Assembly: GCA_965645245.1 (NCBI GenBank)
Contig: OZ287079.1
Location: forward strand, 806,001-870,000
From: Massalongia carnosa
Lineage: Eukaryota
DNA: 64,000 bases
Direction: 5' to 3'
Made by a program: the position numbers and the translations under genes
In this document: one piece after another, positions 35,042 to 45,870 of the stretch
Numbering within the stretch: position 1 is the stretch's first letter
Layout of the letters: each line of letters begins with the position of its first letter
The notes under the pieces: generated by a model
What the model saw: only the letters and a program-made list of their open reading frames with translations
Databases searched by the model: none
Told to the model about the DNA's origin: nothing

Positions 35042-38000
35042 TCAAACTGAAGAGAGACTGCCCGGCTGCTGTTCAAGCAGTTGCGTGGCAATGGAATACT
35101 GTGTTAAAATACCTGTGCGCATGAGCCACGCGGTTACTACTTTGAGAGCTTTGGGTTCGGTGATTAGCTTGCGGTAGTCTGACGAGCCTGCCGTTCGTAG
35201 CATGTGCGTTCTGTGTTCGTGCAGTCTGCAGAACATGATTACATGTTTGGCTGTTTGTAAGAGGCTTCCGCAGGGACATGCCGCCGAGTTCACACCTGGG
35301 ACCTTGCGCCGATATAGAAAGTTGGCCAATCCGATTTTTTCCGTTCTTATCTGTGTTGCTAGTGAGCTTTGCGCTTTGTCTAGTAACTTGTGTGCGTTAA
35401 GCCTTTTCCTGTGTATAGGCGCCTGTTGTGCGATCGTGGGATATAACGTGTGTTTTGCTTGATATGCTTTCCACTTGTTGATCCACTGATTCTCAAAGTG
35501 CTTCTTTATTATCCCGTCTCGTTGGTTCTGCGTCGTTACTTGCGCTGTGCGTTGTCTCTTCTGTGCCTCGTCGATCGTTGTCCAGGGAGGGGGAGAGGGT
35601 TGATCCAGTTTAACTGTTTTCGGTGCGTCTTTCGTCATCTTTGTTACCCATTCTCGTTTACGAGTTCCCGGTGTTTTCTCTGCGACTCGCGATTGACCTC
35701 TTTTGCCTCTGAGTTTCACTTGAATTCTATTGCACGCCTGCTTTATAATTTTTTCCTGTTCGCTGTTCGAGATTCTGGATCTCGTTTTTGCTTGTAAGCG
35801 GTCTAGATGTTGCGTTAAAGGAGGGATGTGGGTTTCTGCCTGTAATACTTCAATTGGGGTAGCCTTGTACGCTCCGGCTATGACTCGTAAACACTTGTTT
35901 TGTATGACTTCGAGTTTGCTTCTTGATTCGACTTTGGCTTTCTTTCTTGCTTCGGCTGGCATGTGCCATGCTATCGAGCCGTGCGACATGGCGGGGCGTA
36001 TCACTGCTGTGTACACGTGGCGGGCTCGTAGGAGGGTCGCCCCCCAGGTTGAGGCTGCGATTTTGGTCAGTGCCATTGTTTGTCTCGTCATTTTCTTCTG
36101 AATTTCCTTGTAATGCGCTGCCCAATCGAGTCTAGTGTCAATGTATACTCCCAGGACTCTTATCGAAGTCTTGGTCTTCAGGATCTTGCCTCTTACCGCG
36201 AAGGATGCGTCCAGGTTGAATTTCTTTGGATTCTTTGCCAGGTGTATCAGCTCGTATTTGTGTGGCGCGAATACGGAGCCGTGGCGAGCGGCCCATCGTT
36301 CGCAGTCGTTGTGTATTTTTTCCAGCGTTTTGCAATTCTCTTCGGTGGACTTTCCGTACGCCAGTATATTGACGTCGTCTACGAAACCCATGCCCGCTGC
36401 GTTGGTACCTGGTCTATTGCAAATATCGAGTAAGTCTGCATTATAAAAGAGATATAGAATGGGAGACAAAGGAGATCCTTGCGGAATTCCTATATTCAGC
36501 TGGAATGCGTTGGTTGTTCGTTGATTGATAGTGAGAGTGGTTTCTCTTTCCTTGAGGAAGCTTTCTGTCCATTTCGTGATCCATTCCGGAATTTGTCTCT
36601 TTCTCAGATTATGAATGAGCCTACGATGTGAAACCGTATCGAAGGCGCCTGAGACGTCGATACTAAGAAGCGATGCTACTTTGTCTTTCCCTTGATTCCA
36701 GACCGTGTGTACCTGCTCCGTGAGTAGTTCGAGCGCTGTGTCCGTTGCGCGGCCTGGTCTTGCTCCCATTTGCGTGTCTGGAATTAATCTGAGTTTTTCC
36801 GTTAAATAGCTTATTTTCCTTGCTATAATGGATTCTAGCTTTTTTCCAAGCGTGTTTAGGAGCGCAATGGGTCTCCACGCCTTAGGATCCGCGTAATTAC
36901 TCTTTCCTGGTTTCTTCAGCGTGATGGTGTTGGCGGTTTTGAACGCTCGAGGATGATAACCCTGCTCTGCGCAGGCCTGGAACAGTGGTGTCAGCAACTT
37001 GATCAGATTTTCCGAGCATGCCTTGAGAATTCTATTTGTGATCCCGTCCGGACCGGGTGCCTTGTCTGGTTTCGACCTACGAAGCGCTGCCGCCACTTCT
37101 TCTTTCGTGATCAGGATGGGGCAGTCTGGGGTTTGCGGGTACGTGTATCCTACGATGTCGCTGAGATCTGCGTCCGGGAGTAGGGGGAAGAAAGATTTCT
37201 TTAGCATTTTCGCTTTCTCTTCGAAGGTATTGGCTATCGTATCAGGGTCCTGGGTTGTGGCCAGGGGGGGCATTTTTGGGATTTCTCTGGGGGCGTCACT
37301 TTTGTTTTTACCCCACTTTGCTAGACGGAAGAGTCCGGATTGGGAAGTTGTGATTGTGGCTATTTGCTGTTTGAAGCAGAGATTTTTTGCTTTACCGATA
37401 ATTTTTTGTTTCTTATCGTTTGCTTTAACGTAGTTTTTCCAATCCGCTAGGTTTCTTTCCGCGGTCCAGATTCTTCGTAGCCTACGAGTCTCTCTTGTTG
37501 CGTCGTCGCATTCCTTATTCCAAAAGGGTTTCGCCTCCGGGCTTGGTCTGGCCCATGGTACTGCTTTATCTACGATTTCCTTGAGGTAATCCTGGATTTC
37601 CTTGAGGTAATCCTGGATTTCCTTGGTATATTGATCGATTTCCTCGATGCTGTGCGGCATGCGTGGTGCGGGGGTTCTTTTCTCGATTTCTTTTACCTTG
37701 TCCATGTTTAGAAGTTTCCAGGCCCTTCGTGGGAGCTTTGTCAGGGGTTCGCAGGAGAGCCGCAGTCTCGTTGAAATCGGTATGTGATCGGAATCTTGAT
37801 TCATCTCCGGGACCGTGGTGCAGTGTTCCAATCTCTCCGTTAAATCTTCTGTCATGAACACCAGATCAATGGTGCTGGTCGAGTTTCTTGCTTCCCATGT
37901 AATTGTTCCTCTTGGAAGTGTGAGAGAGAGATTTTTGTTTTCTATAATGTCCAGCAGTTGTTCGGACGCCTCGTGCTGTCCTCGTACCCCTGCTCCACCC

Positions 38001-38470
38001 CAGTATGGGTGATGGAGATTGAAGTCTCCTAGAAGAATATGCTCTCCGGGGTCTTGTAATTGGTGTAATACGGTCGATAGGGTGGACGGGCTAGTTATCG
38101 AGGAAGTGGATAAGGGCGATGGATTGTATACGTTGTGTATGTGAATCATTTTTGTTCCGTTTCCGATTTTTACTTTTATTTTCAATGTGCTCATATCCTT
38201 TGACGGGTATTCCACTTCCCAGCTTTCTGGGTCTATTTTTTTATTGATATAAAAGCAAACTCGCGTGTCGCCCCCTGGTTTATAAAGAAGATGGAACCCA
38301 CTTTGATAGGGGTTAAGAAGTAGGGACGTCGTAGGGTTTTTCCACGGTTCTTGAATAGCTATGATGTCGAAATCCTGTGTTCTTTTATCTGACAGCAAGG
38401 GTATCAGTGTGCCTTTTGCACTTTTCCTGACATTGTACTGCAGTATCGTAAGGGTTTCTGTGTTCTTCAT
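35042..38470 (-). CDS. LINE ORF2: AP endonuclease, reverse transcriptase and C-terminal Cys/His motif (1142 aa)
   Basis: QYNV, IQEPW, GDFNLHH, SDH; KAPGPDG, WRPIALL, PQGSPLSP, FVDD; CPCG...H....C. Confidence 0.96.
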   Translation of the reverse strand: MKNTETLTILQYNVRKSAKGTLIPLLSDKRTQDFDIIAIQEPWKNPTTSLLLNPYQSGFHLLYKPGGDTRVCFYINKKIDPESWEVEYPSKDMSTLKIKVKIGNGTKMIHIHNVYNPSPLSTSSITSPSTLSTVLHQLQDPGEHILLGDFNLHHPYWGGAGVRGQHEASEQLLDIIENKNLSLTLPRGTITWEARNSTSTIDLVFMTEDLTERLEHCTTVPEMNQDSDHIPISTRLRLSCEPLTKLPRRAWKLLNMDKVKEIEKRTPAPRMPHSIEEIDQYTKEIQDYLKEIQDYLKEIVDKAVPWARPSPEAKPFWNKECDDATRETRRLRRIWTAERNLADWKNYVKANDKKQKIIGKAKNLCFKQQIATITTSQSGLFRLAKWGKNKSDAPREIPKMPPLATTQDPDTIANTFEEKAKMLKKSFFPLLPDADLSDIVGYTYPQTPDCPILITKEEVAAALRRSKPDKAPGPDGITNRILKACSENLIKLLTPLFQACAEQGYHPRAFKTANTITLKKPGKSNYADPKAWRPIALLNTLGKKLESIIARKISYLTEKLRLIPDTQMGARPGRATDTALELLTEQVHTVWNQGKDKVASLLSIDVSGAFDTVSHRRLIHNLRKRQIPEWITKWTESFLKERETTLTINQRTTNAFQLNIGIPQGSPLSPILYLFYNADLLDICNRPGTNAAGMGFVDDVNILAYGKSTEENCKTLEKIHNDCERWAARHGSVFAPHKYELIHLAKNPKKFNLDASFAVRGKILKTKTSIRVLGVYIDTRLDWAAHYKEIQKKMTRQTMALTKIAASTWGATLLRARHVYTAVIRPAMSHGSIAWHMPAEARKKAKVESRSKLEVIQNKCLRVIAGAYKATPIEVLQAETHIPPLTQHLDRLQAKTRSRISNSEQEKIIKQACNRIQVKLRGKRGQSRVAEKTPGTRKREWVTKMTKDAPKTVKLDQPSPPPWTTIDEAQKRQRTAQVTTQNQRDGIIKKHFENQWINKWKAYQAKHTLYPTIAQQAPIHRKRLNAHKLLDKAQSSLATQIRTEKIGLANFLYRRKVPGVNSAACPCGSLLQTAKHVIMFCRLHEHRTHMLRTAGSSDYRKLITEPKALKVVTAWLMRTGILTQYSIATQLLEQQPGSLSSV

Positions 38471-38823
38471 AGCATTCTTTCGTTGAGTTGTATCTCGTTG
38501 GTGTTTCTTGCTCTAGTCATCGGACGTCCTCTTTTCGGTTTGGCGAAGACCGACTCTCTGTTTTCTGGGTTCATTATTTTTGCCCTCGTCGACCCCCATT
38601 CTTCCCTCCCTCGTAGAATCCTCCGTTCTTGTGCTTCTTGTGGTGATAACGAGCGCGACCGAGTGACTCTCAGTTCTCTAATTGATCTCGCACTTTCTTT
38701 TCTCTTACTTATCGTCTTCGTAGTTTCTGTCATTTCCACTTCGTTTTCCGCCTCTTCTCCTTCCTGCGGCTCCGCCTCGTTGGTGATGTGTGTCGATGGG
38801 AACTCGTTTTGTGAGGCGTCGGT
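38467..38823 (-). pseudogene. 3' remnant of LINE ORF1
   Basis: Open, low-complexity, charged frame ending ...PKRGRP...ERML*; its TGA overlaps the ORF2 ATG (ATGA). Confidence 0.75.
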
Positions 38824-39233
38824 GGCGCGGGTGCGATGAAGGCAATAAATAATAGAGTAATTTTTTTCTTCAATAAGGGTTGGGACGAAGGAGAGAGAGA
38901 GGATGGGATGGGATGTGAAAGGATGGATGGGGAAAGAGAAAAGGGGAAAGGGAATTGGAAACGGCTGTGGGGAATATAGGGATTAGAGTGGGGAGGTTTA
39001 ATTGATAGATAGATTGGGAGATGGATAGGTGTTGTCGATGTAAGTATTTATGGTTGTGTAATGTTCTTTTTCTTCTCATCCGATTCCCAAAAAAAAGAAG
39101 AAAAAATATCACATAGAGCCCCCCTAACAAACTCTAGCCTAACAATGGAAAAGAGAAAGAAAATATCACCCCTATATCCAGAAAATTCCAATTCCCAATC
39201 CCACCATGCCCGCATACCCTATCCGCCCTACCC

Positions 39234-40167
39234 TCAAGAAGTAATGCTCACCCTCTCCCCTGCCCACCGCTCCCTCTCTCTCCCGTTCACCACCTCCTCG
39301 AAAATCCACCTGCCCACATCCTCCCTGCGCACCGAATACCCCACCGCCGGCTTGCTCTCCGTCCCGACCCTCACCTTCCCCGCGCCTAGCGCCGGCCCGT
39401 CCACCAGAATGGTCGGGCGCATCAACACGAACCCAATAATGGGCTCCCCCTCTCCAGCCCTCGCGTTGGAGCTTCCCGCGGCGGCGGTGGCGGCGGAAAT
39501 TAGCCGCTCCATGTCACGCTTGTCTTTGTGCGCGTTGTGCAGGAAGACTTTGTACAGGGGGAGATATAGGACGGGGACGTCCCGAGCGCCAGCCGAGATA
39601 CCAGTGGTGGCGATAGCGACCACGAGGGGTTTTACGGGGGGGTTGAGGGCGCGAATGGCGGAGAGGATGGTAGTGGCGGCTTCGGCGCAGATGGTGATTT
39701 TGCCGACGGCGTAGATGCCTGGATTTTGGGGGGTTAGCGCCCGTTAAAGATAGAGCATTGTTCATAGTGGTTACAAGGCCCGGGAGGGGGCGAAGTTACC
39801 GATGCCGGAAATGACGATGTTTGCGGTTTCCCCTTCCGGGCACAGCGCGATCTGAACAGCGCTCATATCACGCACGTCACCCTCCGTGATGGTGAGGTTT
39901 GAGTCCATGGCGGACTGCGAGACGCCCTTCGAGAGGAGGAGAGAGGTAAGTTTGGAGGGGTTACGGGCGACTATGTTTGAACAGGGGTTGTTAGATCATC
40001 CCAACTTTCCTGCGTGAAGCGGGGGAGAGGCGGGGATTATAGAAAGCCTTACGCGCTGAACAAAAGTAACCGGCATTCAAGGCTCGAGTCAGGGTTGCGG
40101 CAGCGCAGCCTCCTGTTGCGCCGAAGAAGGCAACGAGGGGTTTGGATGTCTCGTTGGTGGAGGACAT
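39234..40167 (-). CDS. NAD(P)-binding Rossmann-fold oxidoreductase (flavin reductase/NAD_binding_10-like), 3 exons
   Basis: MSSTNETSKPLVAFFGATGGC..., ARNPSKL, GDVRD, HKDKRDME, RPTILVDG, GYSVRREDVGRWIF. Introns at ~40052-39971 and ~39799-39719. Confidence 0.88.
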
Positions 40168-41050
40168 GATCTTTTTGTATTGGGATTGTGTGAATAGTTA
40201 AGAGTTAGGGTTGCGAAGATAGAATTTCCTGACCGTTGAGGGTTGAAGGCGTCTTAACGGAAGGTATTCGATATGGCGAAAGCGACGCCTCAATGTCAGT
40301 TTGATGCATCCTATTCTTCATGGCGAGTCCGCTCCTCTTATAACCGCATCTCCCATCGCCTCCGTCTCTTCGGCAGGCATCTTTGCACAGATTCTGAGTC
40401 ATGGCATCCTCGACATTCAAATCCCCGTATCGGACAATTTTGATTCAAGCGTCGGCCCGCAAATGTGCCGGAGTCGGGGTGAAGTTCACCCGGTCGGCAA
40501 GACTTAGTTAGGGTGAGAGGCGCTGTGGCTCAAGTATTAGCTGTGGCGTTTTCTGTGGCGTTTTCTAAAGCTCAAGCGTACTAGCTCACTAGCTGTACGG
40601 AGTACTTCGTACTCCGAGGATGAACTCAATGGTAATCCGTATTTCGTTTGGATGACAGTAAATGCTAACCCCTTTTAGCGTCAAGAGTGCTAAGAGATAA
40701 CTAACGGCAGAGGCGTCACGGGAAATGTGAGAAAGGAATGCGGGGAAAGTCAAAGCTTAATTCTCTCGTCAGCAAACGCAAAAGAATATTGAAAGGTTAG
40801 AGAAGACACTAGCGAACGTCATATGCTTAGTTACTCTCTGTATGGGACTCTACAACTCCTCGGTCAAAGTTTCCAAGTTCTTTTGTTATTGCATCTGCTT
40901 TTCTGGGCTACTCGCGTATCCCGACGTCGCACCACGTCGCGTAATCATGTGCCCCGCAGCGAAGGTAGTGAGTTATTCTGTACTCCGTACGAAGTACTGG
41001 CTGGAGCAAAGGACGTTTGTCACCGAATCTCGACAGAGTGCAGGATGCAC

Positions 41051-41122
41051 TCCGTACAGCATGCCCCGTACAGCGTACTCCGTACAGCGTACTCCGTACA
41101 GCGTACTCCGTACAGAGTACAG
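41051..41122. repeat. 14-bp tandem repeat (GTACTCCGTACAGC) about 5 copies, upstream of the transporter
   Basis: Directly visible; related TACTCCGTA/TACGGAGTA words also occur at ~40595 and ~40981. Confidence 0.85.
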
Positions 41123-41330
41123 CCATAGGCTCATGGCCCTTCGTCATGTGAAGCTTGTAGGCTAAAGCCGTGGAGCCATGTGAAAGGGTCCAATCTTACC
41201 CGCAAGCTCGCCGGTAAATTGCCCTTCCCCCGCTGCTCTCTTTCCTTTCGCTCTTATCACACCCCCCCCAGACTTCACCTAACCATCAATCTCGCAGCTT
41301 CGTCAAACCGGCACGCTGTCAGTGTTTAAG

Positions 41331-43158
41331 ATGGCATATCAGGATGAGAAGATGCGTGCACGGTCGCCGCCAGACCCTCACCATGAGCCCCAACCTGAGC
41401 ATATGAGTGTGGGCAAATATCTGGCCACGCGCATATCTACCCTCAAGCCTGTCATGGCCGAGGCTCCAAATCCCATCAAGCTGCTTCGCCTGCTGAACCT
41501 TCAGCAATGGCTGTTCTTCCTCGTCGCGTTTTTGGCATGGTCATGGGATGCCTTCGATTTCTTTACGGTTTCGCTGACGGTCGAAGAACTTGCCGAGGAG
41601 TTTCACAAAAAGCCAGCCCAGATCACGTGGGGTATCACACTGGTGTTGAGTGGGTTAAGAATGTATTCTAGCGGGAACCCTGCTTACTGGGAGTAGTGTT
41701 TCGATCGGTTGGTTCGATTGCTTTTGGTAAGCCCGGGCCTTCTCCATGACTCTCGGGCCTCGAACTGATACAGTCCGTGATCAGGGATTGCTGCCGATAG
41801 ATATGGCCGAAAATGGCCCTTTATCCTCAACAACGTTTTGTTCATTATTCTCGAGTTAGGAACGGGGTTTTGCCAAAACTATAAGCAATTCCTTGCATGC
41901 CGAGCTTTATTTGGCATCGCCATGGGCGGCTTGTACGGCAATGCTGCCGCTACAGCGCTGGAAGACTGCCCCGAAGCCGCTCGAGGGCTAATATCCGGCA
42001 TGTTGCAGCAAGGCTATGCCTTTGGCTACCTGCTGGCCACGGTCTTTGCGCGAGGCCTTGTGGGTACCACCTCACACGGTTGGAGACCGCTGTACTGGTT
42101 TGGAGCCTGCCCTCCAGTTTTGATCATCATATTCCGACTCTGTCTGCCGGAGACAAAGTCGTACCGGGAGCGCGATGCGGTTCGACATGCAAAGGGCAAC
42201 CTGACGGGCACTTTCGTGGCTGAAGGCCGGGTGGCTCTCAAACGACACTGGGCGCTTCTGCTATATCTTGTTCTATTGATGGCGGGGTTTAATTTTATGG
42301 TAACGTCGTTAGGGATGGCTTGCGGGTCGCGTGCAATCTGACTCAGAATCAGTCTCATGGCTCGCAAGATCTGTATCCCACTATGTTGGTGAACCAGTAC
42401 AACTTCTCCCCTAACGCGAAAACGGTCACGCAAGTTGTGGCAAATCTTGGAGCAATAGCTGGAGGCAAGAAATTCCTTTCAATTCATAAAGACTCAAGAT
42501 CCGCTAACAGCCCTTCAGGCACAATAGTAGGATATTGTCCGTCAACTTCCCCATCCCCCTCAACCCCCTGAAACTAACCCCTACCCCAACAGCCTCTCAA
42601 ATATTCGGCCGCCGCATCTCCATAATCGTTATGTCCATCGTCGGCGGTCTCCTCCTCTACCCCTACAGCTTCACCCCCAACAAACGTATCATGGCCGCCG
42701 CTTTTTTCGAGCAATTCTGCGTTCAAGGCGCCTGGGGCGTAATCCCGATCCATCTAATGGAGCTTTCCCCCGGCTCCTTTCGGACCTTCGTTGTCGGTAC
42801 GTCCTACCAGCTCGGTAACCTCGTCAGTAGCGCCTCCTCCACCATCGAGTCTACCATTGGCGAACGATTCCCTCTTCCTCCGAAGGGGAAAACGCCCCGG
42901 TACAAGTATGGGCTTGTGATTTGCATCTTCATGGCTTGTGTATACGTTTATGTGATTCTGTTGACGGTGTTGGGGCCGGAGAATCTGGGGCGCAAGTTTG
43001 GGGTCGAGCACGATAGTGATTTGGCGGAGGCGACGGGGAAGGACGCTTTGGTGGCTGTTGTGAGAAGAAACAAGGGCAGGGATGGAGAAGGGGGGAGGGA
43101 TTCTAGCGAAGCGGATGAGGGGGAGAAGGGTGGTCCGCTGGGTAAGGAAATGGTTTGA
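41331..43158 (+). CDS. JEN1: MFS carboxylate:H+ symporter, Jen1 family, 6 exons
   Basis: WDAFDFF, DRYGRKWP, GMLQQGY, Jen1 signature NFMSHGSQDLYPT, QGAWGVIPIHL. Introns 41650-41696, 41727-41784, 42300-42352, 42465-42518 (GC-AG) and 42537-42592. Confidence 0.92.
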
Positions 43159-43862
43159 TTCATCTGTGCGAGTATGAGGCGAGGCTTCTGATAGGGCTTA
43201 TTGTGCTTGGAATTGAGATCGTTGCCCATCAGTGATTGTGGTGCTTGGTTCCAAGCGAGGCGATATATGGTAGGCGTATCCTCACCCAATTAAATCACAT
43301 GACACGGGAATTCTGTTCTTCCTTACTAGCATATCTTCTCATCATGGCGGCACCGACAAAGTTGACGTTGTCTGGTCCGGACCAGTGGACCTTGGGAACG
43401 TACGGAACACACATCTTTCGCGCACACAGTTGGGTTTTCTTATTTGTAAGGGGGAGGTCTGCTAGGATGCATGCAAGGAATCAGACGGTTTGTAGGATGA
43501 GACAAAGGAAATCCTGGGCCAGAGCCTTTCTTCCTGATAAGGCTGCGCTCGGCTTGGAATGCATCCGTAGCGGCAGCGTGGCAATGAGTTGATTTATAGG
43601 TAAGTTCTTGCTGCCATCTTTGTAATTCCTGAAGACAGTCAAGAACCTAGATATACGCAGGGGTCCACCGTCCGTCCTTCAGCACCACGGTTGGGCCTGC
43701 CAATACTTTCCGACCTGAACAAGCTGTTAGGCTCCAAAAGCCTCAAGAATCTGCGATTTGCCCTCTACAGAAGCCCCACCCACAGATGATCGCACGGCTG
43801 TGAGTAGGCCCGACGACCCAGCGCAAAACGACCCTCCATAAAAAGCTCCTATTCCCTCGGCT

Positions 43863-44618
43863 TTATCTCCCTGCTGGTATTGGCGGACCATAGCGTGTAG
43901 GCATTCTGCATCTCACTCCAGTCATGCCGATTCTGGTTTGAAACCAGCTGTCACAGCAGTACACGGCGGGCTGGTTGAGAACGTCGGGTTGTTGGTCAGT
44001 TTTTTTACAGGCTTTGTTCGTCGATGAGAAAAAGGAGCACCCGTTCACCAGGATGGGATACGCGATCCGTGGGCAATCGCAACAGAGCGGAACTAGTTCA
44101 GCCTCACATTGCGAATGTAAGGCGCCATCATCGTGTGGATCAGGATACGTATGGAACATGTACATGGGGTCCGCGAGCTTGATGTCGGTGCACCACATAA
44201 GCCGCTCCGCCGATATCTCCGCCTCTGTGCTAAAAAACGAGTTGAGGTCGGCCTGCGCAAGAGCCGTATCGGGAACGACGGGGTTGACCGGCGCAGCTTG
44301 ACCATCCGGCTCCACCGGGCCGGCCCCGAGATCCCCAAAGGGCCGAAAGGGAAGCCCTTTCGGCGGACCTGTCCCAAGACTGTCGAAAGCGACGAGTTTC
44401 TGTGGGTCAGCCGGGCTGGCCTCCGGATTCGGAAGATTCAAGCTGAGCGGTTCCGCGAAGCTGGCCTGCAAACCGTCGAGCGGAACCGAACCATCCGGAG
44501 CTACGGCGCTGGCATCTGCGCCGGGGGGCAGAATACCATCGCTGCTATCCCTGGGAACGATTCGGGCTCGTGCGGCGGAGCAGACGCCGCCAGCCAGAAA
44601 GACGAGGAAGACACGCAT
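43863..44618 (-). CDS. Putative secreted protein with Pro/Asp-rich linker and Cys-rich C-terminus (251 aa)
   Basis: Signal-peptide-like MRVFLVFLAGGVCSAARA; about 10 Cys in the last ~110 aa, including two CC pairs. Confidence 0.7.
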   Translation of the reverse strand: MRVFLVFLAGGVCSAARARIVPRDSSDGILPPGADASAVAPDGSVPLDGLQASFAEPLSLNLPNPEASPADPQKLVAFDSLGTGPPKGLPFRPFGDLGAGPVEPDGQAAPVNPVVPDTALAQADLNSFFSTEAEISAERLMWCTDIKLADPMYMFHTYPDPHDDGALHSQCEAELVPLCCDCPRIAYPILVNGCSFFSSTNKACKKTDQQPDVLNQPAVYCCDSWFQTRIGMTGVRCRMPTRYGPPIPAGR

Positions 44619-45296
44619 GAATGTCCGGCGGGGGAGAAAATGCGGCGGTTCGATAGCAATTATCTATGGGCGAGTTTCGAAAAACAGAACACCTGGATAA
44701 GGAGCAGGAGGAGGAAATTCTCGGGTACAAGTAGTTAGCCATAACTTTTACCTGCCGCAGAGATACCTAGATCGATCGACCCCGATCGGTCAGCCCGCGC
44801 ATTTCCCTTATTCGCGCTGTAACCAAACTCGAGCCGTGTTTAGGGGCATGCAGATTCCCGCCCGGCTCACGAAACGTTAACGACTTGGGTAATCTGCCCT
44901 GCTCTTGCCTGAAAGCGGTGAGTGGAGGCTTAACTCGAAGCTTTTACGAACTCTGTTTCATCCCCTTCTCTAGTTGACTAGGTATGTTACATAGCCGTGG
45001 CGGTTAGTTACTAGACACGCATGATCATGACATTGCTTCTTTTTTTTTTGGATTGATTGATTGATTGATTGGACGTTGATCGGGTCATTATTTCTTGGAA
45101 GAGGGGGAAGTTTGTAATGCGATAGGGGGGGGTTTTTTTAAGGTGAGAGTTGGGTTTGGGTCTGTAGAAGGGAAGTATTGTTTTGACCAATAAAGACTAA
45201 TGATAATTGATTTTGATTTGATTGAATTATTAAGCGTGCATCACACATGACGCTGTGACTGTTATTTATCATGTAATCTCATATTTATTTATCGCA

Positions 45297-45870
45297 TCAA
45301 GAACGTTCTTCGATCACGCAATTCAACAGCGTATCTTCGCACGTTCGACGGACGGTTTTCTCTTTTTCGACGTTTTTGATTTCAATGGGGAAGAGACGAA
45401 GTCGTGATTGAGGGCAGATAGCCATGTTTTGGTAGATAAAGGGGTGCTCGTTTTGTAACGAATGAACGCTTTCGATGTGATGAAAGACTTTCGCCTGAAG
45501 GGTGTGGTCATTCCGAATGAATGGGCTTCGTATGCCTTCGTGTTGACGATTAATCAGTAGAAACGGTGATAAATCGATGGCCACCAAAACGGGCGTCCGC
45601 GTTGGCGATGATCAGATATTGGCCACCTCCCAGGAGATGTTGATAGCCTGCGCCACGTAGAGGTTTCTAATCCGGCAGACCGATTCGACGGTGTGTTGAT
45701 CAAGTTTCAGTCGCAAACACTAGCTGCGGATTGATGAGTGCAGCTCCGTCCCATGCGTCAATGAGGCTGCTGTTTGAGTTGACTATGTTTTCGTCAACAA
45801 GCAACTCCCGAGAATATGCCTCTGCTGCATCAGACGCAGCGGGGATGGCGTCGAGAACGGGTTTCGGCAT
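45297..45870 (-). pseudogene. Possible decayed gene of unknown family
   Basis: Protein-like fragments (MPKPVLDAIPAASDAAEAYSRELLVDE..., VAIDLSPFLLINRQHEG...) broken by a frameshift and a stop; no recognised motif. Confidence 0.3.

Larger units (their letters stand above)
34855..38823 (-). mobile_element. Tad1-like LINE, 5'-truncated within ORF1
   Basis: 14-bp TSD GGCGCGGGTGCGAT at 34841-34854 and 38824-38837. Short AATCA-like 3' tail. ORF1 tail plus a complete ORF2. Confidence 0.93.

Noticed and set aside
44133..44738. 201-aa plus-strand ORF
   Set aside because: It is antisense to the more credible secreted-protein ORF in GC-rich sequence.
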